DNA of 64,000 nt from Pristiophorus japonicus. Its lineage: Eukaryota. The stretch lies in NCBI RefSeq assembly GCF_044704955.1, contig NC_091987.1, forward strand, positions 107,260,001-107,324,000. The letters are read 5' to 3'. A program made the translations under genes and the position numbers. Under the pieces are notes generated by a model, which saw only the letters and a list, made by a program, of their open reading frames with translations, did no database searches and was not told the origin of the DNA. This document shows positions 36,772 to 52,654 of the stretch, one piece after another (position 1 is the first letter of the stretch; each line of letters starts with the position of its first letter).

Positions 36772-39700
36772 TGCATACACACTCGATCCAGTCACACACA
36801 CACACACTCGATCCAGTCACACGTACACACTCGATCCAGTCACGCACATACACACTCGATCCAGTCACACACATACACACTCGATCCAGTCACACACATA
36901 CACACTCGATCCAGTCACGCACACACACTCGATCCAGTCACACGTACACACTCGATCCAGTCACACACATACACACTCGATCCAGTCACGCACACACACT
37001 CGATCCAGTCACACGTACACACTCGATCCAGTCACACACGTACACACTCGATCCAGTCACACACATACACACTCGATCCAGTCACGCACATACACACTCG
37101 ATCCAGTCACGCACATACACACTCGATCCAGTCACGCACATACACACTCGATCCAGTCACACACACACACACATTCAATCCAGTCACAGATACACTCGAT
37201 CCAGTCAAGCACACACACTCGATCCAGTCACGCATACACACTCGATCCAGTTGCGCACATACACACTCGATCCAGTCACACACACACATTCGATCCAGTC
37301 ACACACATACACATTCAATCTAGTCACACAAAAACACTCGATCCAGTCACACACACATACACTCAATCCAGTCACACACACTCAATCCAATCACACATAC
37401 ACACTCGATCATGTCACGCACATGCACACTCGATCCAGTCACACACACACACTCGATCCAGTCACACACACACATTCAATCCAATCACACACACTCACTC
37501 GATCCAGTCACATACACACACTCGATCCAGTCACACATACACTCGATCCAGTCACACACACACATTCGCTCCAGTCACACAGACACTCGATCCAGTCACA
37601 CACACTCTCACTCAATCCAGTCACACATACACACTCGCTCCAGTCACACAGACACTCGATCCAGTCACACAGACACTCGATCCAGTCACACACATACACA
37701 CTCGATCCAGTCACACATACACACTCGCTCCAGTCACACAGACACTCGATCCAGTCACACACACACATTCGCTCCAGTCACACACACTCACTCGATCCAG
37801 TCACACACACACACTCGATCCAGTCACACATACACACTCGCTCCAGTCACACAGACACTCGATCCAGTCACACACACTCACTCAATCCAGTCACACACAC
37901 TCACTCGATCCAGTCACACACACACACTCGATCCAGTCACACACACACACTCGATGCAGTCACACACACACACACTCGATCCAGTCACACACACACACTC
38001 GATCCAGTCACACATACACACTCGATCCAGTCACACATACACTCGATGCAGTCACACACACACTCTCGATCCAGTCACACACACACTCAATCAATTCACA
38101 CGCACATACACTCAATCCAGTCACACACACACATTCGATCCAGTCACACATACATACGATCCAGTCACACACACACATACACACTCGATTCAGTCACACA
38201 TACACTCGATCCAGTCACATACTCACACATGCACTCGATCCAGTCACACACACACACTCGATCCAGTCACACACACACACTCGATCCAGTCACACACATA
38301 CACTCGATCCAGTCACACACACACACTCGATCCAGTCACACACACACACTCGATCCAGTCACACACATACACTCGATCCAGTCACACACACACACTCGAT
38401 CCAGTCACATACACACACTCGCTCCAGTCTCACATGTACACTCGATCCTGTCACACACACACACTCGATCCAGTCACACACATACTCGATCCAGTCACAC
38501 ACATACTCGATCCAGTCACACACACACACTCGATCCAGTCACACACATACTCGATCCAGTCACACACATACTCGATCCAGTCACACACATACACTCGATC
38601 CAGTCACACACACACTCAATCCAGTCACACACATACACTCGATCCAGTCACACATACATACGATCCAGTCACACACACACATACACACTCGATTCAGTCA
38701 CACATACACTCGATCCAGTCACATACTCACACATGCACTCGATCCAGTCACACACACACACTCGATCCAGTCACACACACACACTCGATCCAGTCACACA
38801 CATACACTCGATCCAGTCACACACACACACTCGATCCAGTCACACACACACACTCGATCCAGTCACACACATACACTCGATCCAGTCACACACACACACT
38901 CGATCCAGTCACATACACACACTCGCTCCAGTCTCACATGTACACTCGATCCTGTTACACACACACACTCGATCCAGTCACACACATACTCGATCCAGTC
39001 ACACACATACTCGATCCAGTCACACACACACACTCGATCCAGTCACACACATACTCGATCCAGTCACACACATACTCGATCCAGTCACACACATACACTC
39101 GATCCAGTCACACACACACTCAATCCAGTCACACACATACACTCGATCCAGTCACACATACATACGATCCAGTCACACACACACATACACACTCGATTCA
39201 GTCACACATACACTCGATCCAGTCACATACTCACACATGCACTCGATCCAGTCACACACACACACTCGATCCAGTCACACACACACACTCGATCCAGTCA
39301 CACACATACACTCGATCCAGTCACACACACACACTCGATCCAGTCACACACACACACTCGATCCAGTCACACACATACACTCGATCCAGTCACACACACA
39401 CACTCGATCCAGTCACATACACACACTCGCTCCAGTCTCACATGTACACTCGATCCTGTCACACACACACACACTCGATCCAGTCACACACATACTCGAT
39501 CCAGTCACACACATACTCGATCCAGTCACACACACACACTCGATCCAGTCACACACATACTCGATCCAGTCACACACATACTCGATCCAGTCACACACAT
39601 ACACTCGATCCAGTCACACACACACTCAATCCAGTCACACACATACACTCGATCCAGTCACACACATACTCAGTCCAGTCACACACACACACTTGATCTA

Positions 39701-42700
39701 GTCACACACACACACTCGATCCCGTCACACACACACACACGCACATACACTCGATCCAGTCACATACACACACACGCACTTGATCCAGTCACACACACAC
39801 ACTCGATCCAGTCACACACATACACTCGATCCAGTCACACATACACTCAATCCAGTCACACACACACATTCGATCCAGTCACACACATACACTCGATCCA
39901 GTCACACATACACTCAATCCAGTCACACACACACATTCGATCCAGTCACACACACACTCGATCCAGTCACACACATACACTCGATCCAGTCACACATACA
40001 CTCAATCCAGTCACACACACACATTCGATCCAGTCACACATACATACGATCCAGTCACACACACACATACACACTCGATTCAGTCACAAATACACTCGAT
40101 CCAGTCACATACACACACACGCACTCGATCCAGTCACACACACACACTCGATCCAGTCACACACACACACTCGATCCAGTCACACACACACACTCGATCC
40201 AGTCACACACACACACTCGATCCAGTCACACACATACACTCGATCCAGTCACACACACACACTCGATCCAGTCACATACACACACTCGCTCCAGTCTCAC
40301 ATGTACACTCGATCCTGTCACACACACACACTCGATCCAGTCACACACATACTCGATCCAGTCACACACATACTCGATCCAGTCACACACACACACTCGA
40401 TCCAGTCACACACATACTCGATCCAGTCACACACACACACTTGATCTAGTCACACACACACACTCGATCCCGTCACACACACACACACGCACATACACTC
40501 GATCCAGTCACATACACACACACGCACTTGATCCAGTCACACACACTCGATCCAGTCACACACATACACTCGATCCAGTCACACATACACTCAATCCAGT
40601 CACACACACACATTCGATCCAGTCACACACATACACTCGATCCAGTCACACATACACTCAATCCAGTCACACACACACATTCGATCCAGTCACACACACA
40701 CTCGATCCAGTCACACACATACACTCGATCCAGTCACACATACACTCAATCCAGTCACACACACACATTCGATCCAGTCACACATACATACGATCCAGTC
40801 ACACACACACATACACACTCGATTCAGTCACAAATACACTCGATCCAGTCACATACACACACACGCACTCGATCCAGTCACACACACACACTCGATCCAG
40901 TCACACACACACACTTGATCCAGTCACACACACACACTCGATCCAGTCACACACATACACTCGATCCAGTCACACACACACACTCGATCCAGTCACACAC
41001 ACACACTCGCTCCAGTCTCACATGTACACTCGGTCCTGTCGCACACATACACTCGATCCAGTCACACACATACTCGATCCAGTCACACACACACACTCGA
41101 TCCAGTCACACACACACTCAATCCAGTCACACACATACACTCGATCCAGTCACACACATACTCAGTCCAGTCACACACACACACTTGATCTAGTAACACA
41201 CACACACTCGATCCCGTCACACACACACACTCGCACATACACTCGATCCAGTCACATACACACACACGCACTTGATCCAGTCACACACACACACTCGATC
41301 CAGTCACACACATACACTCGATCCAGTCACACACACACACACTCGATCCAGTCACACGCACACACTCGCTCCAGTCTCACACGTACACTCGATCCTGTCA
41401 CACACACACACACTAGATCCAGTCACACACACACTCGATCCAGTCACACACATACTCGATCCAGTCACACACTCGATCCAGTCACACACACACTTCATCT
41501 AGTCACACACACACACTCGATCCTGTCACACACACACTCGATCCAGTCACGCACACACTCGATCCTGTCACACACACACACTCAACCTAGTCACACACAC
41601 ACTCGATCCCGTCACGCACACACTCGATCCAGTCACACACTCACTATCTCGATCCAGTCACACACACACACACTCGATCCAGTCACACACACACACTCGA
41701 TCCAGTCACACATACACACTCGATCCAGTCACACATACACTCGATGCAGTCACACACACTCGATCCAGTCACACACACACTCAATCAATTCACACGCACA
41801 TACACTCAATCCAGTCACACACACACATTCGATCCAGTCACACATACATACGATCCAGTCACACACACACATACACACTCGATTCAGTCACACATACACT
41901 CGATCCAGTCACATACTCACACATGCACTCGATCCAGTCACACACACACACTCGATCCAGTCACACACACACACTCGATCCAGTCACACACATACACTCG
42001 ATCCAGTCACACACACACACTCGATCCAGTCACACACACACACTCGATCCAGTCACACACATACACTCGATCCAGTCACACACACACACTCGATCCAGTC
42101 ACATACACACACTCGCTCCAGTCTCACATGTACACTCGATCCTGTCACACACACACACTCGATCCAGTCACACACATACTCGATCCAGTCACACACATAC
42201 TCGATCCAGTCACACACACACACTCAATCCAGTCACACACATACTCGATCCAGTCACACACATACTCGATCCAGTCACACACATACACTCGATCCAGTCA
42301 CACACACACTCAATCCAGTCACACACATACACTCGATCCAGTCACACATACATACGATCCAGTCACACACACACATACACACTCGATTCAGTCACACATA
42401 CACTCGATCCAGTCACATACTCACACATGCACTCGATCCAGTCACACACACACACACTCGATCCAGTCACACACACACACTCGATCCAGTCACACACATA
42501 CACTCGATCCAGTCACACACACACACTCGATCCAGTCACACACACACACTCGATCCAGTCACACACATACACTCGATCCAGTCACACACACACACTCGAT
42601 CCAGTCACATACACACACTCGCTCCAGTCTCACATGTACACTCGATCCTGTCACACACACACACTCGATCCAGTCACACACATACTCGATCCAGTCACAC

Positions 42701-45700
42701 ACATACTCGATCCAGTCACACACACACACTCGATCCAGTCACACACATACTCGATCCAGTCACACACATACTCGATCCAGTCACACACATACACTCGATC
42801 CAGTCACACACACACTCAATCCAGTCACACACATACACTCGATCCAGTCACACACATACTCAGTCCAGTCACACACACACACTTGATCTAGTCACACACA
42901 CACACTCGATCCCGTCACACACACACACACGCACATACACTCGATCCAGTCACATACACACACACGCACTTGATCCAGTCACACACACACACTCGATCCA
43001 GTCACACACACACTCGATCCAGTCACACACATACACTCGATCCAGTCACACATACACTCAATCCAGTCACACACACACATTCGATCCAGTCACACATACA
43101 TACGATCCAGTCACACACACACATACACACTCGATTCAGTCACAAATACACTCGATCCAGTCACATACACACACACGCACTCGATCCAGTCACACACACA
43201 CACTCGATCCAGTCACACACACACACTCGATCCAGTCACACACACACACTCGATCCAGTCACACACATACACTCGATCCAGTCACACACACACACTCGAT
43301 CCAGTCACACACACACACTCGCTCCAGTCTCACATGTACACTCGGTCCTGTCACACACATACACTCGATCCAGTCACACACATACTCGATCCAGTCACAC
43401 ACACACACTCGATCCAGTCACACACACACTCAATCCAGTCACACACATACACTCGATCCAGTCACACACATACTCAGTCCAGTCACACACACACACTTGA
43501 TCTAGTAACACACACACACTCGATCCCGTCACACACACACACTCGCACATACACTCGATCCAGTCACATACACACACACGCACTTGATCCAGTCACACAC
43601 ACACACTCGATCCAGTCACACACATACACTCGATCCAGTCACACACACACACTCGATCCAGTCACACGCACACACTCGCTCCAGTCTCACACGTACACTC
43701 GATCCTGTCACACACACACACACTAGATCCAGTCACACACACACTCGATCCAGTCACACACATACTCGATCCAGTCACACACTCGATCCAGTCACACACA
43801 CACTTGATATAGTCACACACACACACTCGATCCTGTCACACACACACTCGATCCCGTCACGCACACACTCGATCCAGTCACACACTCACTATCTCGATCC
43901 AGTCACACACACACACACACTCGATCCAGTCACGCACACACACACTCGCTCCAGTCACACACATACACTCGATCCAGTCACACACACACTATCTCGATCC
44001 AGTCACACATACACACTCGATCTAGTCACACACACACTCGCTCCAGTCACACACACACACTCGCTCCAGTCACACACACACTCGATCCAGTCACACATAC
44101 ACACTCGATCTAGTCACACACACACTCGATCCAGTCACACACACACACTCGCTCCAGTCACACACACACACTCGCTCCAGTCACACACATACACTCGATC
44201 CCGTCACACACACACTCGCTCCAGTCACACACATACACTCGATCCAGTCACACACACACTCGCTCCAGTCACACACACACACTCGCTCCAGTCACACACA
44301 TACACATTCAATCTAGTCTCACACACACACACACTCGATCCAGTCACACACATACACTCGATCCCGTCACACACACACTCGCTCCAGTCACACACATACA
44401 CTCGATTCCGTCACACACACACTCGCTCCAGTCACACACATACACTCGATCCAGTCACACACACACACTCGATCCAGTCACACACACACGATCCAGTCAC
44501 ACACACATACTTGATCCAGTCACACACTCAATCCAGTCAAACACATACACTCGATCCAGTCACGCACACACACACTCGCTCCAGTCACACACATACACTC
44601 GATCCAGTCACACACATACACATTCAATCTAGTCTCACACACACACACACTCGATCCAGTCACACACATACACACTCGCTCCAGTCACACACACACACTC
44701 GATCCAGTCACACACACACACTCGATCCAGTCACACACATACACTCGATCCAGTCACACACACACACTCGATCCAGTCACATACACACACTCGCTCCAGT
44801 CTCACATGTACACTCGATCCTGTCACACACACACACTCGATCCAGTCACACACATACTCGATCCAGTCACACACATACTCGATCCAGTCACACACACACA
44901 CTCGATCCAGTCACACACATACTCGATCCAGTCACACACACACACTTGATCTAGTCACACACACACACTCGATCCCGTCACACACACACACACGCACATA
45001 CACTCGATCCAGTCACATACACACACACGCACTTGATCCAGTCACACACACTCGATCCAGTCACACACATACACTCGATCCAGTCACACATACACTCAAT
45101 CCAGTCACACACACACATTCGATCCAGTCACACACATACACTCGATCCAGTCACACATACACTCAATCCAGTCACACACACACATTCGATCCAGTCACAC
45201 ACACACTCGATCCAGTCACACACATACACTCGATCCAGTCACACATACACTCAATCCAGTCACACACACACATTCGATCCAGTCACACATACATACGATC
45301 CAGTCACACACACACATACACACTCGATTCAGTCACAAATACACTCGATCCAGTCACATACACACACACGCACTCGATCCAGTCACACACACACACTCGA
45401 TCCAGTCACACACACACACTTGATCCAGTCACACACACACACTCGATCCAGTCACACACATACACTCGATCCAGTCACACACACACACTCGATCCAGTCA
45501 CACACACACACTCGCTCCAGTCTCACATGTACACTCGGTCCTGTCGCACACATACACTCGATCCAGTCACACACATACTCGATCCAGTCACACACACACA
45601 CTCGATCCAGTCACACACACACTCAATCCAGTCACACACATACACTCGATCCAGTCACACACATACTCAGTCCAGTCACACACACACACTTGATCTAGTA

Positions 45701-48700
45701 ACACACACACACTCGATCCCGTCACACACACACACTCGCACATACACTCGATCCAGTCACATACACACACACGCACTTGATCCAGTCACACACACACACT
45801 CGATCCAGTCACACACATACACTCGATCCAGTCACACACACACACACTCGATCCAGTCACACGCACACACTCGCTCCAGTCTCACACGTACACTCGATCC
45901 TGTCACACACACACACACTAGATCCAGTCACACACACACTCGATCCAGTCACACACATACTCGATCCAGTCACACACTCGATCCAGTCACACACACACTT
46001 CATCTAGTCACACACACACACTCGATCCTGTCACACACACACTCGATCCAGTCACGCACACACTCGATCCTGTCACACACACACACTCAACCTAGTCACA
46101 CACACACTCGATCCCGTCACGCACACACTCGATCCAGTCACACACTCACTATCTCGATCCAGTCACACACACACACACTCGATCCAGTCACACACACACA
46201 CTCGATCCAGTCACACATACACACTCGATCCAGTCACACATACACTCGATGCAGTCACACACACTCGATCCAGTCACACACACACTCAATCAATTCACAC
46301 GCACATACACTCAATCCAGTCACACACACACATTCGATCCAGTCACACATACATACGATCCAGTCACACACACACATACACACTCGATTCAGTCACACAT
46401 ACACTCGATCCAGTCACATACTCACACATGCACTCGATCCAGTCACACACACACACTCGATCCAGTCACACACACACACTCGATCCAGTCACACACATAC
46501 ACTCGATCCAGTCACACACACACACTCGATCCAGTCACACACACACACTCGATCCAGTCACACACATACACTCGATCCAGTCACACACACACACTCGATC
46601 CAGTCACATACACACACTCGCTCCAGTCTCACATGTACACTCGATCCTGTCACACACACACACTCGATCCAGTCACACACATACTCGATCCAGTCACACA
46701 CATACTCGATCCAGTCACACACACACACTCAATCCAGTCACACACATACTCGATCCAGTCACACACATACTCGATCCAGTCACACACATACACTCGATCC
46801 AGTCACACACACACTCAATCCAGTCACACACATACACTCGATCCAGTCACACATACATACGATCCAGTCACACACACACATACACACTCGATTCAGTCAC
46901 ACATACACTCGATCCAGTCACATACTCACACATGCACTCGATCCAGTCACACACACACACACTCGATCCAGTCACACACACACACTCGATCCAGTCACAC
47001 ACATACACTCGATCCAGTCACACACACACACTCGATCCAGTCACACACACACACTCGATCCAGTCACACACATACACTCGATCCAGTCACACACACACAC
47101 TCGATCCAGTCACATACACACACTCGCTCCAGTCTCACATGTACACTCGATCCTGTCACACACACACACTCGATCCAGTCACACACATACTCGATCCAGT
47201 CACACACATACTCGATCCAGTCACACACACACACTCGATCCAGTCACACACATACTCGATCCAGTCACACACATACTCGATCCAGTCACACACATACACT
47301 CGATCCAGTCACACACACACTCAATCCAGTCACACACATACACTCGATCCAGTCACACACATACTCAGTCCAGTCACACACACACACTTGATCTAGTCAC
47401 ACACACACACTCGATCCCGTCACACACACACACACGCACATACACTCGATCCAGTCACATACACACACACGCACTTGATCCAGTCACACACACACACTCG
47501 ATCCAGTCACACACACACTCGATCCAGTCACACACATACACTCGATCCAGTCACACATACACTCAATCCAGTCACACACACACATTCGATCCAGTCACAC
47601 ATACATACGATCCAGTCACACACACACATACACACTCGATTCAGTCACAAATACACTCGATCCAGTCACATACACACACACGCACTCGATCCAGTCACAC
47701 ACACACACTCGATCCAGTCACACACACACACTCGATCCAGTCACACACACACACTCGATCCAGTCACACACATACACTCGATCCAGTCACACACACACAC
47801 TCGATCCAGTCACACACACACACTCGCTCCAGTCTCACATGTACACTCGGTCCTGTCACACACATACACTCGATCCAGTCACACACATACTCGATCCAGT
47901 CACACACACACACTCGATCCAGTCACACACACACTCAATCCAGTCACACACATACACTCGATCCAGTCACACACATACTCAGTCCAGTCACACACACACA
48001 CTTGATCTAGTAACACACACACACTCGATCCCGTCACACACACACACTCGCACATACACTCGATCCAGTCACATACACACACACGCACTTGATCCAGTCA
48101 CACACACACACTCGATCCAGTCACACACATACACTCGATCCAGTCACACACACACACTCGATCCAGTCACACGCACACACTCGCTCCAGTCTCACACGTA
48201 CACTCGATCCTGTCACACACACACACACTAGATCCAGTCACACACACACTCGATCCAGTCACACACATACTCGATCCAGTCACACACTCGATCCAGTCAC
48301 ACACACACTTGATATAGTCACACACACACACTCGATCCTGTCACACACACACTCGATCCCGTCACGCACACACTCGATCCAGTCACACACTCACTATCTC
48401 GATCCAGTCACACACACACACACACTCGATCCAGTCACGCACACACACACTCGCTCCAGTCACACACATACACTCGATCCAGTCACACACACACTATCTC
48501 GATCCAGTCACACATACACACTCGATCTAGTCACACACACACTCGCTCCAGTCACACACACACACTCGCTCCAGTCACACACACACTCGATCCAGTCACA
48601 CATACACACTCGATCTAGTCACACACACACTCGATCCAGTCACACACACACACTCGCTCCAGTCACACACACACACTCGCTCCAGTCACACACATACACT

Positions 48701-49614
48701 CGATCCCGTCACACACACACTCGCTCCAGTCACACACATACACTCGATCCAGTCACACACACACTCGCTCCAGTCACACACACACACTCGCTCCAGTCAC
48801 ACACATACACATTCAATCTAGTCTCACACACACACACACTCGATCCAGTCACACACATACACTCGATCCCGTCACACACACACTCGCTCCAGTCACACAC
48901 ATACACTCGATTCCGTCACACACACACTCGCTCCAGTCACACACATACACTCGATCCAGTCACACACACACACTCGATCCAGTCACACACACACGATCCA
49001 GTCACACACACATACTTGATCCAGTCACACACTCAATCCAGTCAAACACATACACTCGATCCAGTCACGCACACACACACTCGCTCCAGTCACACACATA
49101 CACTCGATCCAGTCACACACATACACATTCAATCTAGTCTCACACACACACACACTCGATCCAGTCACACACATACACACTCGCTCCAGTCACACACACA
49201 CACTCGATCCAGTCACATACACACACTCGATCCAGTCACACACACACACTCCATCCAGTCACACACACACACTCCATCCAGTCACACACACACACTCGCT
49301 CCGGTCACACACATACACTCAATCCAGTCACACACACACACACTCGCTCCAGTCACACACACACTCAATCCAGTCACACACAGACACTCGATCCAGTCAC
49401 ACACACACACTCGATCTAGTCACACACACACAGCCGATCCAATCACACATACACACTCGATCCAGTCACACACAGACACTCGATCCAGTCACAAACACAC
49501 ACTAGATCCAGTCACACACACACTCAATCCAGTCACACACACACATTCGATCCAGTCACACACATACTCAATTCAGTCACACACATACACTTGATCCAGT
49601 CGCACATACACTCA
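36772..49614 (+). repeat. Satellite/minisatellite array, unit TCGATCCAGTC(AC)n, ~19-27 bp
   Basis: Continuous array visible directly, with 504-, 2312- and 4505-bp higher-order periods. Confidence 0.99.
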
Positions 49615-51447
49615 TATATAAAACGGAAAAGAGTGACTAAAGTAAATGTTGGTCCCTTAGAAGATGAGAAGGGGGATTTAATAATGGGAAATGTGGAAAT
49701 GGCTGAGACCTTAAACAATTATTTTGCTTCGGTCTTCACAGTGGAAGACACAAAAACCATGCCAAAAATTGCTGGTCACAGGAATGTGGGAAGGAAGGAC
49801 CTTGAGACAATCACTATCACTAAGGGGGTAGTGCTGGACAGGCTAATGGGACTCAAGGTAGACAAGTCCCCTGGTCCTGATGAAATGCATCCCAGGGTAT
49901 TAAAAGAGATGGCGGAAGTTATAGCAGATGCATTCGTTATAATCTACCAAAAGTCTCTGGACTCTGGGGAGGTACCAGCAGATTGGAAAACAGCTAATGT
50001 AATGCCTCTGTTTAAAAAAGGGGGCAGACAAAAGGCAGGTAACTATAGGCCGGTTAATTTAACATCTGTAGTGCGGGAAATGCTTGAAACAATCATTAAG
50101 GAAGAAATAGCCGGACATCTAGATAGGAATAGTGCAATCAAGCAGACGCAACATGGATTCATGAAGGGGAAATCATGTTTAACTAATTTACTGAAATTCT
50201 TTGAGGATATAACGCATGGTGGATAGAGGTGTACCGATGGATGTGGTGTATTTAGATTTTCAAAAGGCATTCGATAAGGTGCCACACAAAAGGTTACTGC
50301 AGAAGATAAGGTTATGCGGAGTCAGAGGAAATGTATTAGCATGGATAGAGAATTAGCTGGCGAACAGAAAGCAGAGAGTCGGGATAAATGGGTCCTTTTC
50401 GGGTTGGAAATCGGTGGTTAGTGGTGTGCCACAGGGATCGGTGCTGGGACCACAACTGTTTACAATATACATAGATGACCTGGAAGAGGGGACAGAGTGT
50501 AGTGTAACAAAATTTGCAGATGGCACAAAGATTAGTGGGAAAGCAGGTTGTGTAGAGGACACAGAAAGGCTGCAAAGAGATTTAGATAGGTTAAGCGAAT
50601 GGGCTAAAGTTTGGCAGATGGAATACAATGTCGGAAAGTGTGAGGTCATCCACCTTGAGAAAAAAAACAGCAAAAGGGAATATTATTTGAATGGGGAGAA
50701 ATTACAACATGCTGCAGTGCAGAGGGACCTGGGGGTCCTTGTGCATGAATCCCAAAAAGTTAGTTTGCAGGTGCAGCAGGTAATCAGGAAGGCGAATGGA
50801 ATGTTGGCCTTCATTGCGAGAGGGATGGAGTAGAAAAGCAGGGAGGTCCTTCTGCAACTGTATAGGGTATTGGTGAGGCCGCACCTGGAGTACTGCATGC
50901 AGTTTTGGTCACCTTACTTAAAGAAGGATATACTAGCTTTGGAGGGGGTACAGAGACGATTCACGAGGCTGATTCCAGAGATGAGAGGGTTATCTTATGA
51001 TGATAGATTGAGTAGACTAGGTCTTTACTCGTTGGAGTTCAGAAGGATGAGGGGTGATCTTATAGAAACATTTAAAATCATGAAAGGGATAGACAAGATA
51101 GAGGCAGAGAGGTTGTTTCCACTGGTCGGGGAGACTAGAACTAGGGGGCACAACCTCAAAATACGGGGGAGCCAATTTAAAACTGAGTTGAGAAGGAATT
51201 TCTTCTCCCAGAGGGTTGTGAATCTGTGGAATTCTCTGCCCAAGGAAGCAGTTGAGGCTAGCTCATTGAATGTATTCAAGTCACAGATAGATAGATTTTT
51301 AACCAATAAGGGAATTAAGGGTTACGGGGAACGGGCGGGTAAGTGGAGCTGAGTCCACGGCCAGATCAGCCATGATCTTGTTGAATGGCGGAGCAGGCTC
51401 GAGGGGCTAGATGGCCTACTCCTGTTCCTAATTCTTATGCTCTTATG
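49615..51447 (+). mobile_element. 5'-truncated CR1 LINE inserted in the satellite
   Basis: RT ORF fragments 49591-50226, 50414-50833, 50870-51352; TTCTTATG tail; satellite units on both sides. Confidence 0.95.
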
Positions 51448-51538
51448 TACACACTCGATCCAGTCACACACACACACTCGCTCCAATCACACACACACTC
51501 AATCCAGTCACACACACACACTCAATCCAGTCACACAC
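51448..51538 (+). repeat. Satellite remnant (4 units)
   Basis: Same unit between the CR1 and the LTR. Confidence 0.95.
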
Positions 51539-52654
51539 TGTAAGGGCGGGTGTTTGGTCTCTATGAGGGGGTCAGGTTCCCTTCTGACCAGCTTGAGCAG
51601 TTTCAAATTGCTCCCCCTCCCTTGGGTTCTGTACTCTGGATTTATTTGGGGGGCGTGACAAAAGTGCAAAGGACATTGGTTTGATGCAAAGAACTTTGTT
51701 TTTATTACAGTCAAGGTGATACAGGCTTATTACTCTAGTAAGACAATACAAGGTCAAACTTATAATCACTCTAATAAAGTACCATACACTACACATTCAA
51801 AAGGGGGTTGCAGTAAAATTATACCTCCCACCTCCTAATACCTAATTCTAGCTAGGTTAGACTCCAGGCCAGGCAGGGACTTATGCTTACCAATCCTATT
51901 GATAGTTAATGGTAGATGGTGATGTTCTTCCTTCCTTCAGGATTTCAAGACTTCGAGGCTGGAGAAGTTAGTTTACAACTGTCACGTTGGATTCTCTCCT
52001 TGTCTTGATGAGGTAGTAGCAGCCTTGTAGCTACCTAGCAACCACCTCTCTAACCTCTGTTGAAAACAATAGTCAGTTATACGATTTCAGTGGTTCTAAT
52101 CTAAGCGCCTTTGTGTAATTTTGGTGGGCTTGGTTCTTCTTTGTAATATTTTGTCGGGCTCGTTAAAAGTTCATATGCCTTGGGTGGGTTCATGTTCGAA
52201 AACTGTTTCCTGATGGAAATATTAGTTTGGTAATTGCAATTTCCTTTTGTACTTAGTCGTTTGCAGACAGGCTGGATTGGGCCTCTTTGTGATGAATATG
52301 CTGAAATGGTTGTCCAGACCCATGTTGATGGGGAGCTACCTCTGGGTGATTTTGTGATGTTAATGTCTCTTGTGGAGAAGGATTTTCAAATACTCATTCT
52401 TCCAGACAGGTTAACTCAGTTCTCACACCCAGGTAGCTTTACTTAATTAGACTGTCTCTTGCTAGCTCCGTAGGTCCACCCACAGCCTTGAGTTTGTCTT
52501 TTAAAATCCAAAATTCTGTTAAAGTTCGTAGTTTCTTCCATAAGCACTTTAGAGTTCCAAACTTTTCGGTAGATAGTCCAGAATTAAATTTCCTTTCGAA
52601 TGAGCCCAAACACGGGTGGGGGGGGAGGTTTCTTGTGAATTTTGCATTCCTTCA
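51539..52654 (-). mobile_element. Long solo LTR (~1.1 kb), ERV-like
   Basis: TGTAAGG..CCTTCA termini; 4-bp TSD ACAC/ACAC within the satellite; AATAAA on the minus strand near 51700; orientation tentative. Confidence 0.7.

Noticed and set aside
36630-49594. Very long His/Thr/Ser-rich ORFs (up to 1241 aa)
   Set aside because: The satellite unit has almost no stop codons on the + strand, all three frames give similar low-complexity peptides, and the region is intronic
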